A stretch of 64,000 nt of DNA, from the NCBI RefSeq assembly GCF_017992695.1, contig NZ_JAGOOC010000001.1; one strand, given 5' to 3'. A program made the position numbers and the translations under genes. This DNA is from Bacteroides sp. (GTDB lineage Bacteria; Bacteroidota; Bacteroidia; Bacteroidales; Bacteroidaceae). Positions 10,068-20,076 of the stretch are shown here, piece after piece (position 1 is the first letter of the stretch; each line of letters starts with the position of its first letter). The notes beneath the pieces were generated by a model, which ran no database searches, was not told the origin of the DNA, and saw nothing but the letters and a program-made list of their open reading frames with translations.

Positions 10068-11513
10068 TTATTTCTTTATAAAACGATTAATAATAGGGAT
10101 TTGACTGAGCGGCAAGTCTTTTTTTACTACATAAGTGATAAAAACAAAGAGTAAAACGGTGCGCAACGATAAGCGGAGAAATAGATTCTCCACCGGTAAC
10201 CACTCGCCGATAACATAGAGTACAGCAGCCAGCAATACGTAGGTACCAATCGATTTGAGATCATACGCAATGGGGTATTTCTTTTGTCCCACAAAGTACG
10301 ATAAAAGCATCGCTACCGCATAACCCGTAAGTCCGGCCCATGCGCAAGCCACGTACCCATAAATCGGAATGAGGAGCATGTTCATCACGATAACAATGGT
10401 GCACGCTATCAGCGAGAAGTAAGCCCCCCAACGTGTTTCATCAGTCAGCTTGTACCAGAAAGAGAGATTAAAATAGATTCCCATACAGATTTCGGCAGCC
10501 ATCACAATGGGTACTACCTTGAGCCCTTCCCAATAGTCGCTCCCGATAACGTACCGCAATATTTCGAGGTAAAACATCACGGCTAAAAAAGCCAATAACG
10601 TGAAGATGATGAAATACTTCATGGCTTGAGCGTACATGGCCCTATTGTCTTTCTCCTTGCTTTTTCCAAACACAAAAGGCTCATAGGCAAAGCGGAAAGC
10701 CTGGGTTAACATGGCCATAATCATAGCAATCTTACTGGTTGCACCATAAATGCCCAATTCAACGGAAGCTTCTACCGGATCGGGGTATACAAACGGGAAG
10801 ATAATTTTATCGGCCACTTGATTCAAAATGCCGGCAAGCCCCAATATAAGTATCGGGAAAGAGTATCGAAACATCCGCTTCAGTAGTGCACGATCAAGGC
10901 AGTACCGAAAGCCACACAGCTCGGGTATCATGCAAACCATCACGATGGAGGTACAGATGAGGTTGATCAGGAAGGCTGCGCCTACGTCCCGACCGCTGAG
11001 CACAACGAAGTAAACGATGTTCAGTGCAATACTTAGAAAGATGAATAGAAGCTTGAGCGATGCAAACTTAATGGGTCGTTTCTTGTAACGCAGATAAGCA
11101 AAGGGGATGCTTTGAAACGCATCCATGGCCACTACAATAAGCATCATGCCAATGTACCAAGGGTGCTCTTCATACCCCAACAGGCCGGCTATCGGTTCCA
11201 GCAACAACAGGCAGAGCACTAAAAAGAGTAGCGAGGTAGCTCCCACCGAAAGCAGTGTGGTCGAATAAACCCGTATCGGGTCTTCGTCACTTTTATTGGC
11301 AAACCGAAAAAATCCGGTCTCCATGCCATAAGTCAGCAACACCAACAGCAATGCCGTAATGGCGTACATGTTGGTAATAATGCCGTATCCACCGGTCGAT
11401 GAAGGGATCAAAATGGTGTAAATAGGCACCAGTAAATAGTTCAGAAACCGCCCAACGATGCTGCTTACTCCATAAATGGCAGTTTCTTTGGCTAATGTTT
11501 TTAATTCGGCCAT
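10068..11513 (-). CDS. Polysaccharide biosynthesis flippase-like (MOP/Wzx) membrane protein
   Basis: LAKETAIYG start; about 12-14 TM segments. Confidence 0.85.
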   Translation of the reverse strand: MAELKTLAKETAIYGVSSIVGRFLNYLLVPIYTILIPSSTGGYGIITNMYAITALLLVLLTYGMETGFFRFANKSDEDPIRVYSTTLLSVGATSLLFLVLCLLLLEPIAGLLGYEEHPWYIGMMLIVVAMDAFQSIPFAYLRYKKRPIKFASLKLLFIFLSIALNIVYFVVLSGRDVGAAFLINLICTSIVMVCMIPELCGFRYCLDRALLKRMFRYSFPILILGLAGILNQVADKIIFPFVYPDPVEASVELGIYGATSKIAMIMAMLTQAFRFAYEPFVFGKSKEKDNRAMYAQAMKYFIIFTLLAFLAVMFYLEILRYVIGSDYWEGLKVVPIVMAAEICMGIYFNLSFWYKLTDETRWGAYFSLIACTIVIVMNMLLIPIYGYVACAWAGLTGYAVAMLLSYFVGQKKYPIAYDLKSIGTYVLLAAVLYVIGEWLPVENLFLRLSLRTVLLFVFITYVVKKDLPLSQIPIINRFIKK

Positions 11514-11529
11514 GTTTTATTTTTATTTC

Positions 11530-12573
11530 TTACAACCCATACTGGTCACTAAACAACTGTTGTTGACTACTATACGGTATTCTCCCCAAGTGTTTATAAG
11601 CCAACTCCGTAACCTCGCGTCCACGGGGGGTACGCTTCATAAATCCCTCTTTGATCAAGAACGGTTCGTACACCTCCTCAATGGTTCCCGGGTCCTCGCC
11701 CAATGCCGTAGCAATGGTAGTGATGCCTACCGGCCCTCCTTTAAACTTATCGATGATGGTGCAGAGTATTTTATTATCGACCTCATCCAGTCCGTAGCGA
11801 TCAATGTTGAGCGCTTCGAGTGAAAACTTGGCCATTTCAGTATCAATAGAGCCCGACCCTTTGACTTGCGCAAAGTCGCGCACCCGGCGGAGCAATGCAT
11901 TACAAATACGAGGGGTGCCACGGCTACGCGAAGCAATCTCACCGGCAGCAGGAATAGAGCAAGGCACATTGAGAATATTGGCCGATCGGCGAATGATGCC
12001 TGCCAATACCTCATCATCGTAATATTCAAGGTGCAGGTTGATGCCAAAACGGGCACGTAGCGGAGCCGTCAGCAATCCGCTACGGGTGGTTGCTCCTACC
12101 AGCGTAAAGGGGCTCAGGTCTATCTGGATACTGCGAGCCGACGGGCCTTTATCGATCATGATATCAATGCGATAATCCTCCATAGCCGAATACAGGTACT
12201 CTTCGACTACGGGTGATAGCCGATGAATCTCATCAATAAACAAAACATCATTCGGTTCGAGGCTGGTCAGCACGCCGGCCAGATCGCCGGGCTTATCGAG
12301 TACAGGTCCCGATGTCACTTTGAAGCCTACCCCCAACTCATTGGCAATGATGTTGGAGAGTGTTGTTTTTCCCAATCCGGGAGGGCCGTGCAGCAACACA
12401 TGATCGAGCGCTTCGCCACGCAAGCGAGCCGCCTTCACAAAGATGCGTAGGTTATCGACCGCCTTGTCCTGCCCGCTAAAGTCGTCGAAGCTGAGCGGAC
12501 GTAAGGCGTTCTCAAACTCTCGTTCCTTGCCGGTTAGTTGCTGGTCGCGTATATCAAAATCTTCTTGTTCCAT
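11530..12573 (-). CDS. ruvB: Holliday junction branch migration helicase RuvB
   Basis: [23 protein letters not shown] and SRGTPR motifs. Confidence 0.98.
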   Translation of the reverse strand: MEQEDFDIRDQQLTGKEREFENALRPLSFDDFSGQDKAVDNLRIFVKAARLRGEALDHVLLHGPPGLGKTTLSNIIANELGVGFKVTSGPVLDKPGDLAGVLTSLEPNDVLFIDEIHRLSPVVEEYLYSAMEDYRIDIMIDKGPSARSIQIDLSPFTLVGATTRSGLLTAPLRARFGINLHLEYYDDEVLAGIIRRSANILNVPCSIPAAGEIASRSRGTPRICNALLRRVRDFAQVKGSGSIDTEMAKFSLEALNIDRYGLDEVDNKILCTIIDKFKGGPVGITTIATALGEDPGTIEEVYEPFLIKEGFMKRTPRGREVTELAYKHLGRIPYSSQQQLFSDQYGL

Positions 12574-12598
12574 AGGGGTGTCTCTACTAATTGAATGA

Positions 12599-12606
12599 CA
12601 AAGATA
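12599..12606 (-). promoter_or_regulatory. -7 element (TATCTTTG) for ruvB
   Basis: TAnnTTTG 26 nt upstream of the ATG. Confidence 0.65.
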
Positions 12607-12615
12607 AAGATTTCA

Positions 12616-12642
12616 ACACAGAGCGCACAGCCTTTCACTGAG
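12616..12642. repeat. Degenerate half-copy of the CACAGAGTAACACAGCGTTTCACGGAG-type intergenic repeat
   Basis: ACACAGAGCGCACAGCCTTTCACTGAG resembles the left arm at 46535-46564. Confidence 0.5.
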
Positions 12643-12729
12643 TTTTCTTGATACAGCAAAAGAAAAGCCGCTGAAGGGATGAATGAAGGTGGGTTATTCA
12701 CCCCTAAGCAGACTCCCTTTAGTGCTTCT

Positions 12730-13455
12730 TTAGCGTTTCATATAATACGCTCGTTCAGCATCCGTCAGCTTCTCGATTGAATAGCGAAGCATGGTACGTG
12801 GCATCTCTTTACTGAACTTTTCGAGAAACTGCTTCAGCAGCTCTTCGTCGCGCTTGCCCATCTCTCGCAGCATCCAACCGATGGCTTTGTGCATCAAATC
12901 GTGCGGGTGGTTCAATAACAGCTCTGCCAGCTGGAGGATGTCGATAAAATCGCCGTTTCTGATCAAGGTATAGGTAGATACCACGGCAATACGCTGATCC
13001 CAAAGTAGCGAACCGGCAGCCAATCGGTAAAGCTCTTCGCGGGGTTTATCCAACAAGTGTTGCCCTACAATGGTGGGTGCCGAGAGGTCTACCAGGTCCC
13101 AATTATTGACTCTTTGGGTTTGCGACAGGTAGTAATCATAAATCTCTTTTCTCCCCTTTTCATCGCACTTTTTAAATCGCTCAACAAGCATCAGCAAAGC
13201 ACATAAACGGCATTCGTGCCATTCGCTTTGCAAGAGTTCGCTCATCACCTCGAACGACTCTTGCTGATGCCGTTTGGTCACCAATCGAGTATGGGGCACT
13301 ATCACGCCCAGAAACTTGTCTCCTTCGCCATACTGCCCTTTGCCTGTTTTAAAGAATCGGGGCAGATACTCGCGCTTCACGGGGTCAATATATGCCTCCA
13401 ACTCCCTTTGGATTACTGTTGCCTTTGTTTCCATTTGCTGTTTTTTAGAATACAT
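12730..13455 (-). CDS. DNA alkylation repair protein (AlkD-like HEAT-repeat glycosylase family)
   Basis: FFKTGKGQYGEGDKFLGV, NNWDLVD, KAIGWMLREMGK and PRTMLRYSIE; alternative start at 13434. Confidence 0.9.
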   Translation of the reverse strand: MYSKKQQMETKATVIQRELEAYIDPVKREYLPRFFKTGKGQYGEGDKFLGVIVPHTRLVTKRHQQESFEVMSELLQSEWHECRLCALLMLVERFKKCDEKGRKEIYDYYLSQTQRVNNWDLVDLSAPTIVGQHLLDKPREELYRLAAGSLLWDQRIAVVSTYTLIRNGDFIDILQLAELLLNHPHDLMHKAIGWMLREMGKRDEELLKQFLEKFSKEMPRTMLRYSIEKLTDAERAYYMKR

Positions 13456-13470
13456 ACGTCATATCACGCC

Positions 13471-13521
13471 CAAAATTAAGGAAAAAAGGAATGCTAATCT
13501 GAAAAGTTATACCTAATTTTG
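13471..13521. promoter_or_regulatory. Divergent pair of -7 elements (minus strand 13471-13478, plus strand 13514-13521)
   Basis: Both read TAATTTTG and face the divergent genes. Confidence 0.6.
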
Positions 13522-13543
13522 CAACTAATATAGCAGGTAACCT

Positions 13544-14776
13544 ATGGTTTTAAATTACATTTGGATAGCATTCTTCGTTATAGCCTTCCTTGTGGCACTC
13601 GGTAAACTCCTGTTCACCGGAGACACGCAGATCTTTACAGCGATCATGAATTCCACCTTCGACTCTTCCAGAACCGCTTTCGAAATATCATTAGGGCTCA
13701 CCGGGGTGCTTTCGTTGTGGTTGGGCATCATGAAGATAGGCGAAAACAGTGGACTAATCAACGCATTATCGCGCTTCCTCAGTCCGGTGTTTTGCAGGCT
13801 CTTCCCCGATATACCCAAAGGGCATCCGGTGATGGGATCGATCTTTATGAACATGGCTGCCAATATGCTGGGACTCGACAATGCGGCTACCCCAATGGGG
13901 CTCAAGGCCATGAAAGAGCTGCAAGAACTCAACCCAAAGAAAGATACCGCCAGCAACCCGATGATTATGTTTTTGGTCATCAACACCTCGGGGCTGATTT
14001 TGATTCCAATCTCCATCATGGTTTACCGGGCACAGATGGGTGCTGCCCAGCCTACCGATGTATTTATCCCCATCCTGATGAGTACGTTTATCTCTACACT
14101 CGTGGGTGTCATCACGGTGAGTATCTCACAACGCATCAACCTCATGAACAAAGCGATACTAACTTTGATGGGATTTCTCACCCTCTTTTTCGGTGGCTTA
14201 ACCTACTTGTTTACCGTGCTTTCGCGCGATGAGATGGGAACCTACTCTACCCTTATTGCCAACATGATTTTGTTTGGCGTCATTCTCCTTTTTATACTCA
14301 CGGGGGTGCGCAAAAAGATCAATGTGTACGACTCCTTTGTAGAGGGAGCCAAAGAGGGATTCACCACAGCCGTACGCATCATCCCCTACTTGGTTGCCTT
14401 CTTGGTAGGCATCGCTGTGTTCCGCACCTCGGGCGCTATGGATATTCTGGTGGGTGGCATTGGCTCTCTGGTAGCGCTTTGCGGCATCGACACCAGCTTT
14501 GTGGGTGCACTGCCCACTGCCCTGATGAAGTCGCTGAGTGGCAGCGGAGCCAACGGACTGATGATTGACACCATGAAAGAGGCGGGTCCCGATTCGTTCG
14601 TGGGGCGTGTGAGCTGCGTGGTGCGTGGCGCGTCCGATACCACCTTCTACATTCTGGCCGTTTACTTCGGCAGTGTAGGCATTACCAAAACACGTAATGC
14701 CGTTACCTGCGGATTGATAGCCGACTTTGCCGGGATCATTGCCGCTATCTGTATCAGTTACCTATTTTTCTTTTAA
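13544..14776 (+). CDS. SpmA/SpmB-like nucleoside-recognition (Gate) domain membrane protein
   Basis: NMLGLDNAATPMGLKAM, FVEGAKEG and SDTTFYILAVYFGSV. Confidence 0.9.
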   Translation: MVLNYIWIAFFVIAFLVALGKLLFTGDTQIFTAIMNSTFDSSRTAFEISLGLTGVLSLWLGIMKIGENSGLINALSRFLSPVFCRLFPDIPKGHPVMGSIFMNMAANMLGLDNAATPMGLKAMKELQELNPKKDTASNPMIMFLVINTSGLILIPISIMVYRAQMGAAQPTDVFIPILMSTFISTLVGVITVSISQRINLMNKAILTLMGFLTLFFGGLTYLFTVLSRDEMGTYSTLIANMILFGVILLFILTGVRKKINVYDSFVEGAKEGFTTAVRIIPYLVAFLVGIAVFRTSGAMDILVGGIGSLVALCGIDTSFVGALPTALMKSLSGSGANGLMIDTMKEAGPDSFVGRVSCVVRGASDTTFYILAVYFGSVGITKTRNAVTCGLIADFAGIIAAICISYLFFF

Positions 14777-14791
14777 TATAAATTACGAACC

Positions 14792-15205
14792 ATGGCTATT
14801 ACTTATCAAATCGATGGCATTAAAATGCCTGCAATCAAGAAGCACGAAACCACCGAATGGATCAAAGCCGTAGCTGCCACTTATGGAAAGCGAATCGGTG
14901 ATGTGGCCTACATCTTCTGCTCGGACGAGAAAATACTCGAAGTAAACCGTCAGTACCTGCAACACGATTACTATACAGACATCATCACCTTCGACTATTG
15001 CGTAGGCGATCGCCTATCGGGCGATCTCTTCATCAGTCTCGATACTGTGGCCACCAACGCCGAACAGTTTAAGGCTTCGTACGAAGAGGAGCTCAACCGC
15101 ACCATCATTCACGGCATTCTTCACCTCTGTGGCATCGACGACAAAGCCCCGGGCGAACGAGAAGTAATGGAAGCAGCCGAAAACAAGGCGTTGGCTATGC
15201 GATAG
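14792..15205 (+). CDS. ybeY: rRNA maturation RNase YbeY
   Basis: TDIITF, GDLFIS and HGILHLCGIDD metal-binding motif. Confidence 0.96.
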   Translation: MAITYQIDGIKMPAIKKHETTEWIKAVAATYGKRIGDVAYIFCSDEKILEVNRQYLQHDYYTDIITFDYCVGDRLSGDLFISLDTVATNAEQFKASYEEELNRTIIHGILHLCGIDDKAPGEREVMEAAENKALAMR

Positions 15206-15331
15206 ATACATTACTGAGGAAGTTCACTTTGATTTCCAAGGTGCAATGGTTGTTTTTATATACACGAGATAGTGAACAACAAAAGAAACAGACCTAAAAC
15301 AGCACTGTATATTACTAAAACACAACGCATT

Positions 15332-15446
15332 ACAAAGCACCTACTTTTGATGCACAAGAGTGCGCATTTAACACTACATAAAGTACGTACTTTTATACAT
15401 TAAAAGTACGTACTCTTGCATCTACAAAGTGTACACTTTGGAATAG
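15332..15446. repeat. Tandem array of five 23-bp units, each with a palindromic AAAGTACGTACTTT-like core
   Basis: Core G at 15337, 15360, 15383, 15406 and 15429 (exact 23-bp period). Confidence 0.85.
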
Positions 15447-15592
15447 GGCATAAAATAATTCAACATTATCACAAAGACGATTTGGCGAAAAACAACATTG
15501 CACTCCACCCGGGTGACGAGCCCTCACGCTGTTATCTGATGGCCAGGCTCTCTCTTTTCTGCGCCACCTGATGCTAAGTCTCAACTTTTTCG

Positions 15593-15600
15593 TAACTTTG
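15593..15600 (+). promoter_or_regulatory. -7 element (TAACTTTG) for mnmG
   Basis: TAnnTTTG 28 nt upstream of the ATG. Confidence 0.65.
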
Positions 15601-15628
15601 CACGGTTTGAAACGTAAACGTTGAACAA

Positions 15629-17503
15629 ATGGATTTTAAATACGATGTCATTGTAATAGGGGCCGGACATGCCGGCTGCGAGGCTGCCACTGCGGCGGCC
15701 AACTTGGGTTCAAAAACTTGCCTCATCACCATGGATATGGACAAGGTGGGACAAATGAGCTGCAACCCCGCTGTCGGAGGAATTGCCAAAGGGCAGATTG
15801 TGCGCGAGATCGATGCACTGGGCGGACAAATGGGGCTCATTACAGACCAAACGGCCATCCAGTTCAGAATATTGAATCGTTCGAAAGGGCCTGCCATGTG
15901 GAGTCCGCGGGCGCAATGCGACCGCAACAAGTTCAGTTTGGCTTGGCGCGAGACGCTCGAAAACACCCCTAACCTACACATCTGGCAGGATACAGTGAAA
16001 GAGATTATGGTTGAAAACGGTGAAATCGTAGGGTTGAAAACCTGTTGGGGGGTTACCTTCCACGCCAAATGCGTGATTCTGACTGTCGGCACCTTCCTCA
16101 ACGGACTGATGCACGTAGGCAAAACGATGCTTCCGGGCGGACGAATGCCCGAACCGGCATCGTATCACCTCACCGAATCGATTGCTCAACATGGCATCAG
16201 ATACGATCGAATGAAAACGGGAACACCCCTGCGCATCGATGGTCGAAGCGTGCATTACGACTTGATGGATACGCAGGATGGCGAGGCAGACTTCCATAAG
16301 TTCTCATTCATGGATACCCCGGTGCGCCGTTTGAAACAGCTACAGTGCTGGACTTGCTACACCACCGAGGAGTCGCACGCTATTTTGCGCGAAGGACTGC
16401 CCTTCTCTCCCCTATACAACGGACAGATCAAAAGTCTCGGGCCTCGTTACTGTCCGAGCGTCGAGACCAAAATCGCAACCTTCCCCGATAAAAATCAGCA
16501 CCAACTGTTCTTAGAGCCCGAAGGAGAGACCACTCAAGAGTTGTACTTGAACGGATTCTCCTCTTCGCTACCGATGGACATCCAATTAGCCGCACTTCAA
16601 AAAGTACCGGCATTTAAAGACGTGGTGATCTATCGCCCGGGATATGCTATTGAGTACGACTTCTTCGACCCTACACAGCTCACACATACGTTGGAATCGA
16701 AGGTTATTAAAAATATGTTCTTCGCCGGACAGGTAAACGGAACCACCGGATATGAAGAAGCAGGAGGGCAAGGACTGGTTGCAGGAATCAATGCACACAT
16801 CAACTGCCATGGAGGCACCCCCTTTACACTGGCTCGCGATGAAGCCTATATTGGCGTATTGATCGATGACTTAGTTACCAAAGGAGTAGATGAACCTTAT
16901 CGTATGTTTACCTCGCGTGCCGAATATCGCATTCTATTGCGCATGGACGATGCAGACGTTCGCCTGACCGAAAAAGGGTATCAGGTAGGTTTGGTAACCA
17001 AAGAGCGAAACGAACTCTTAACCCGCAAGCGCGAAGAGGTAGATCGAATCATCAACTTCACACGAAACTACTCGATCAAAGCGGCATTAATTAACGATGC
17101 ACTCGAAACACTTGGCACTGCCCCACTGCGACAAGGATGCAAATTGATTGACTTAATTAATCGTCCGCAAATAACAATTGAAGGAATAGCCGAACACATT
17201 CCGGCCCTGAAACGAGAACTGGATCAGATAACCGATCGCAAAGAAGAGATTATCGAAGCAGCCGAAATCCTTGTCAAGTATGAGGGATATATCCAGCGCG
17301 AACGAGTGATTGCCGATAAGCTGGCCAGGTTGGAGAACATCAAGATCAAAGGACGGTTCGACTACGCCTCACTCCAATCGCTATCGACCGAGGCACGCCA
17401 GAAGCTAATCAGCATTGACCCCGAAACCATTGCACAGGCAAGCCGAATTCCGGGTGTATCGCCAAGCGACATCAACGTGCTACTGGTGCTTGCAGGAAGA
17501 TAG
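15629..17503 (+). CDS. mnmG: tRNA uridine-5-carboxymethylaminomethyl modification enzyme MnmG (GidA)
   Basis: VIGAGHAGCEAA, MSCNPAVGG, GPRYCPS, GQVNGTTGYEEA and FTSRAEYR. Confidence 0.98.
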   Translation: MDFKYDVIVIGAGHAGCEAATAAANLGSKTCLITMDMDKVGQMSCNPAVGGIAKGQIVREIDALGGQMGLITDQTAIQFRILNRSKGPAMWSPRAQCDRNKFSLAWRETLENTPNLHIWQDTVKEIMVENGEIVGLKTCWGVTFHAKCVILTVGTFLNGLMHVGKTMLPGGRMPEPASYHLTESIAQHGIRYDRMKTGTPLRIDGRSVHYDLMDTQDGEADFHKFSFMDTPVRRLKQLQCWTCYTTEESHAILREGLPFSPLYNGQIKSLGPRYCPSVETKIATFPDKNQHQLFLEPEGETTQELYLNGFSSSLPMDIQLAALQKVPAFKDVVIYRPGYAIEYDFFDPTQLTHTLESKVIKNMFFAGQVNGTTGYEEAGGQGLVAGINAHINCHGGTPFTLARDEAYIGVLIDDLVTKGVDEPYRMFTSRAEYRILLRMDDADVRLTEKGYQVGLVTKERNELLTRKREEVDRIINFTRNYSIKAALINDALETLGTAPLRQGCKLIDLINRPQITIEGIAEHIPALKRELDQITDRKEEIIEAAEILVKYEGYIQRERVIADKLARLENIKIKGRFDYASLQSLSTEARQKLISIDPETIAQASRIPGVSPSDINVLLVLAGR

Positions 17504-17510
17504 AGGCCTA

Positions 17511-17526
17511 CGTTTCACGTGAAACA
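17511..17526. promoter_or_regulatory. parS centromere-like site (ParB/Spo0J binding)
   Basis: CGTTTCACGTGAAACA, 15/16 match to TGTTTCACGTGAAACA with a perfect 14-bp palindrome; intergenic, 7 nt after the mnmG stop. Confidence 0.85.
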
Positions 17527-17553
17527 AAACATTTAAGAAAACAAAATAAACAA

Positions 17554-18084
17554 TTGACTATGAGCAAAGAAACGCTTATCAAAAGCATTCGAGAGATACC
17601 TGACTTCCCTATTCCCGGAATCCAGTTTTACGACGTTACCACCCTATTTAAAGACGCAGCCTGCTTGCGGGAACTTTCGGACGTAATGTATGACATGTAC
17701 AAGGACAAAGGCATAACCAAGGTAGTGGGCATCGAATCGCGCGGCTTCATCATGGGCCCCATTTTAGCTACCCGATTGAATGCCGGATTTGTTACAGTGC
17801 GCAAACCGGGTAAACTTCCGTCAGAGACCATTCAGCAAAGCTACGATAAGGAATATGGAACCGATGCCGTAGAGATTCACAAGGACGCAATCGATGGGCA
17901 TGATGTAGTATTACTGCACGACGACTTACTCGCGACAGGGGGTACCATGAAAGCCACCTGCGAACTGGTAAAGAAGCTAAAACCCAAAAAGATTTATATA
18001 AACTTCATCGTCGAATTAAAAAGACTCAAAGGTAGCGCTGTGTTTGGCGAAGACGTAGAGGTGGAATCTGTATTGAGTTTATAA
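17554..18084 (+). CDS. apt: Adenine phosphoribosyltransferase
   Basis: PDFPIPGI, GIESRGF, RKPGKLP and DDLLATGGT PRPP motif. Confidence 0.97.
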   Translation: MTMSKETLIKSIREIPDFPIPGIQFYDVTTLFKDAACLRELSDVMYDMYKDKGITKVVGIESRGFIMGPILATRLNAGFVTVRKPGKLPSETIQQSYDKEYGTDAVEIHKDAIDGHDVVLLHDDLLATGGTMKATCELVKKLKPKKIYINFIVELKRLKGSAVFGEDVEVESVLSL

Positions 18085-18129
18085 ATAAATTCCTATATTT
18101 GCAGGGCGTAGTATTTACGCCCTTTTTTT

Positions 18130-19956
18130 ATGGATACAACTCAGGAACTCAAAACCAGCGAATATCTCAAGGGGATCGTCATGAACCTTCCCGAAACACC
18201 GGGCATTTATCAATATTTAAATGCCGAGGGGGTGATTATATACGTAGGCAAAGCCAAGAATTTAAAACGTAGAGTATACTCGTACTTCAGCAAAGAGCAC
18301 GAACCAGGAAAAACACGGGTGCTCGTAAGTAAGATAGCCGACATACGTTATATCGTGGTCAATTCGGAAGAAGATGCTCTATTGCTCGAAAACAACCTGA
18401 TCAAGACACACAAACCACGATACAACGTGCTGCTCAAAGACGATAAGACATACCCGTCTATTTGTGTTCAAAACGAGTATTTTCCTCGAATATTCAAAAC
18501 GCGGCGTATCATTCGCAACGGCTCCTCGTACTACGGCCCTTATAGCCATGCACCTTCAATGAATGCCGTACTCGACCTCATCAAGCATTTATATCAGCTT
18601 CGCACGTGCAACCTCAACCTTTCGCCCGAAAACATCCGTGCAGGCAAATTTAATGTATGCCTCGAATACCACATCAAGAACTGTGCAGGACCTTGTATAG
18701 GAGAGCAGTCGCTCGCGGATTATCTGAAGAACATCGATGAAATCAAGGAGATTCTCAAAGGGAATACTCAAGAAATAAGTCGCCAACTGCTGCAACAAAT
18801 GCAGGCATTAGCGGCCGATCTGAAATTTGAAGAGGCACAGAGGATCAAAGATAAGTATGCACTGATTGAATCATACCGCTCCAAGTCGGAAGTCGTAAGC
18901 TCGGTATTGCACAACATTGACGTGTTCTCGATAGAAGAAGACGATAACCACTCTGCCTTTATCAATTACCTACACATAACGAACGGTGCCATTAATCAAG
19001 CGTACACATTCGAGTACAAGAAACGACTGAATGAGAGCAAAGAGGAGCTACTCATACTGGGCATTGTTGAGATGCGCGAGCGCTACAAAAGCCTGTCACG
19101 CGAGATTATCGTGCCATTTGAGTTAGAAATAGAGCTAAACAATGTGACTTTTACGGTACCACAGCGAGGTGATAAGAAAAAACTGCTAGAGCTGTCGCAG
19201 TTAAACGTAAAGCAATACAAGGCAGACCGAATGAAGCAAGCAGAGAAACTCAATCCCGAACAGCGCAGCATTCGCCTGATGAAAGAGATTCAAAACGAGT
19301 TACACCTAAGCAAAATGCCCATGCAAATAGAGTGTTTCGACAACTCTAACATACAAGGAACAGATGCCGTAGCCGCTTGCGTAGTATTCAAAAAGGCCAA
19401 ACCATCGAAACAGGACTATCGGAAATATATAATAAAGACCGTTGCAGGGCCCGATGATTACGCCTCGATGAAAGAGGTCGTCAAAAGGCGCTATCAGCGC
19501 GCTATAGAAGAGCAAACCACCCTACCCGACCTCATTATCACTGATGGTGGAAAAGGGCAAATGGAGGCCGTGAGACAGGTTTTAGAGGAGCTGCACTTAG
19601 ACATCCCCATAGCAGGGCTTGCCAAAGACAAAAAACACCGTACCTCAGAGCTTCTATTTGGATTTCCTCCCCAAATCATCGGGCTGAAGCTGCACAGCCC
19701 ACTATTCAAGCTACTAGAGCAAATACAGAATGAAGTGCACCGCTTTGCTATCACCTTTCATCGCGATAAGCGCAGCAAACGTCAGGTAGCATCGGTACTC
19801 GACGAGATCAAAGGCATTGGCGAGAAGACGAAAACGGCGCTATTGAAAGAGTTTAAGAGCGTAAAACGAATCAAAGAGGCATCACTGGAAGAGTTAGCAG
19901 CTGTGATTGGCGAAGCCAAAGCAAAAGCAGTAAAGGAAGGACTTGCTACAGGATAA
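18130..19956 (+). CDS. uvrC: Excinuclease ABC subunit C
   Basis: GIY-YIG N-terminus (PGIYQY...YVGKAKNLKRRV), ECFDNS, DGGKGQ and HhH C-terminus; -7 box at 18094-18101. Confidence 0.98.
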   Translation: MDTTQELKTSEYLKGIVMNLPETPGIYQYLNAEGVIIYVGKAKNLKRRVYSYFSKEHEPGKTRVLVSKIADIRYIVVNSEEDALLLENNLIKTHKPRYNVLLKDDKTYPSICVQNEYFPRIFKTRRIIRNGSSYYGPYSHAPSMNAVLDLIKHLYQLRTCNLNLSPENIRAGKFNVCLEYHIKNCAGPCIGEQSLADYLKNIDEIKEILKGNTQEISRQLLQQMQALAADLKFEEAQRIKDKYALIESYRSKSEVVSSVLHNIDVFSIEEDDNHSAFINYLHITNGAINQAYTFEYKKRLNESKEELLILGIVEMRERYKSLSREIIVPFELEIELNNVTFTVPQRGDKKKLLELSQLNVKQYKADRMKQAEKLNPEQRSIRLMKEIQNELHLSKMPMQIECFDNSNIQGTDAVAACVVFKKAKPSKQDYRKYIIKTVAGPDDYASMKEVVKRRYQRAIEEQTTLPDLIITDGGKGQMEAVRQVLEELHLDIPIAGLAKDKKHRTSELLFGFPPQIIGLKLHSPLFKLLEQIQNEVHRFAITFHRDKRSKRQVASVLDEIKGIGEKTKTALLKEFKSVKRIKEASLEELAAVIGEAKAKAVKEGLATG

Positions 19957-19989
19957 CACAACACGCCACATTGAGAGCGTACGCTTGCT

Positions 19990-20036
19990 TTTACGGAGAA
20001 AAGAAAAAAACTCGGTGATACGCTGTGTTACTCTGT
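19990..20036. repeat. Degenerate copy of the palindromic intergenic repeat (right arm CTCGGTGATACGCTGTGTTACTCTGT)
   Basis: The right arm at 20011-20037 matches the reverse complement of the 46538-46564 arm at 22/27 positions. Confidence 0.65.
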
Positions 20037-20076
20037 ATTGTATTTCGTAAATTTGTAACTCCTAACCCCAAGAGAA

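Noticed and set aside
15332-15446. Possible CRISPR array
   Set aside because: 23-bp period with degenerate units, no unique spacers and no cas genes
15490-15580. GC-richer stretch upstream of the mnmG promoter as a possible ncRNA or gene fragment
   Set aside because: Only weak pairing and no recognisable motif in any of the six frames
15206-15628. oriC upstream of mnmG, by analogy with E. coli
   Set aside because: No DnaA box within one mismatch of TTATCCACA and no clear unwinding element; not supportable from sequence alone
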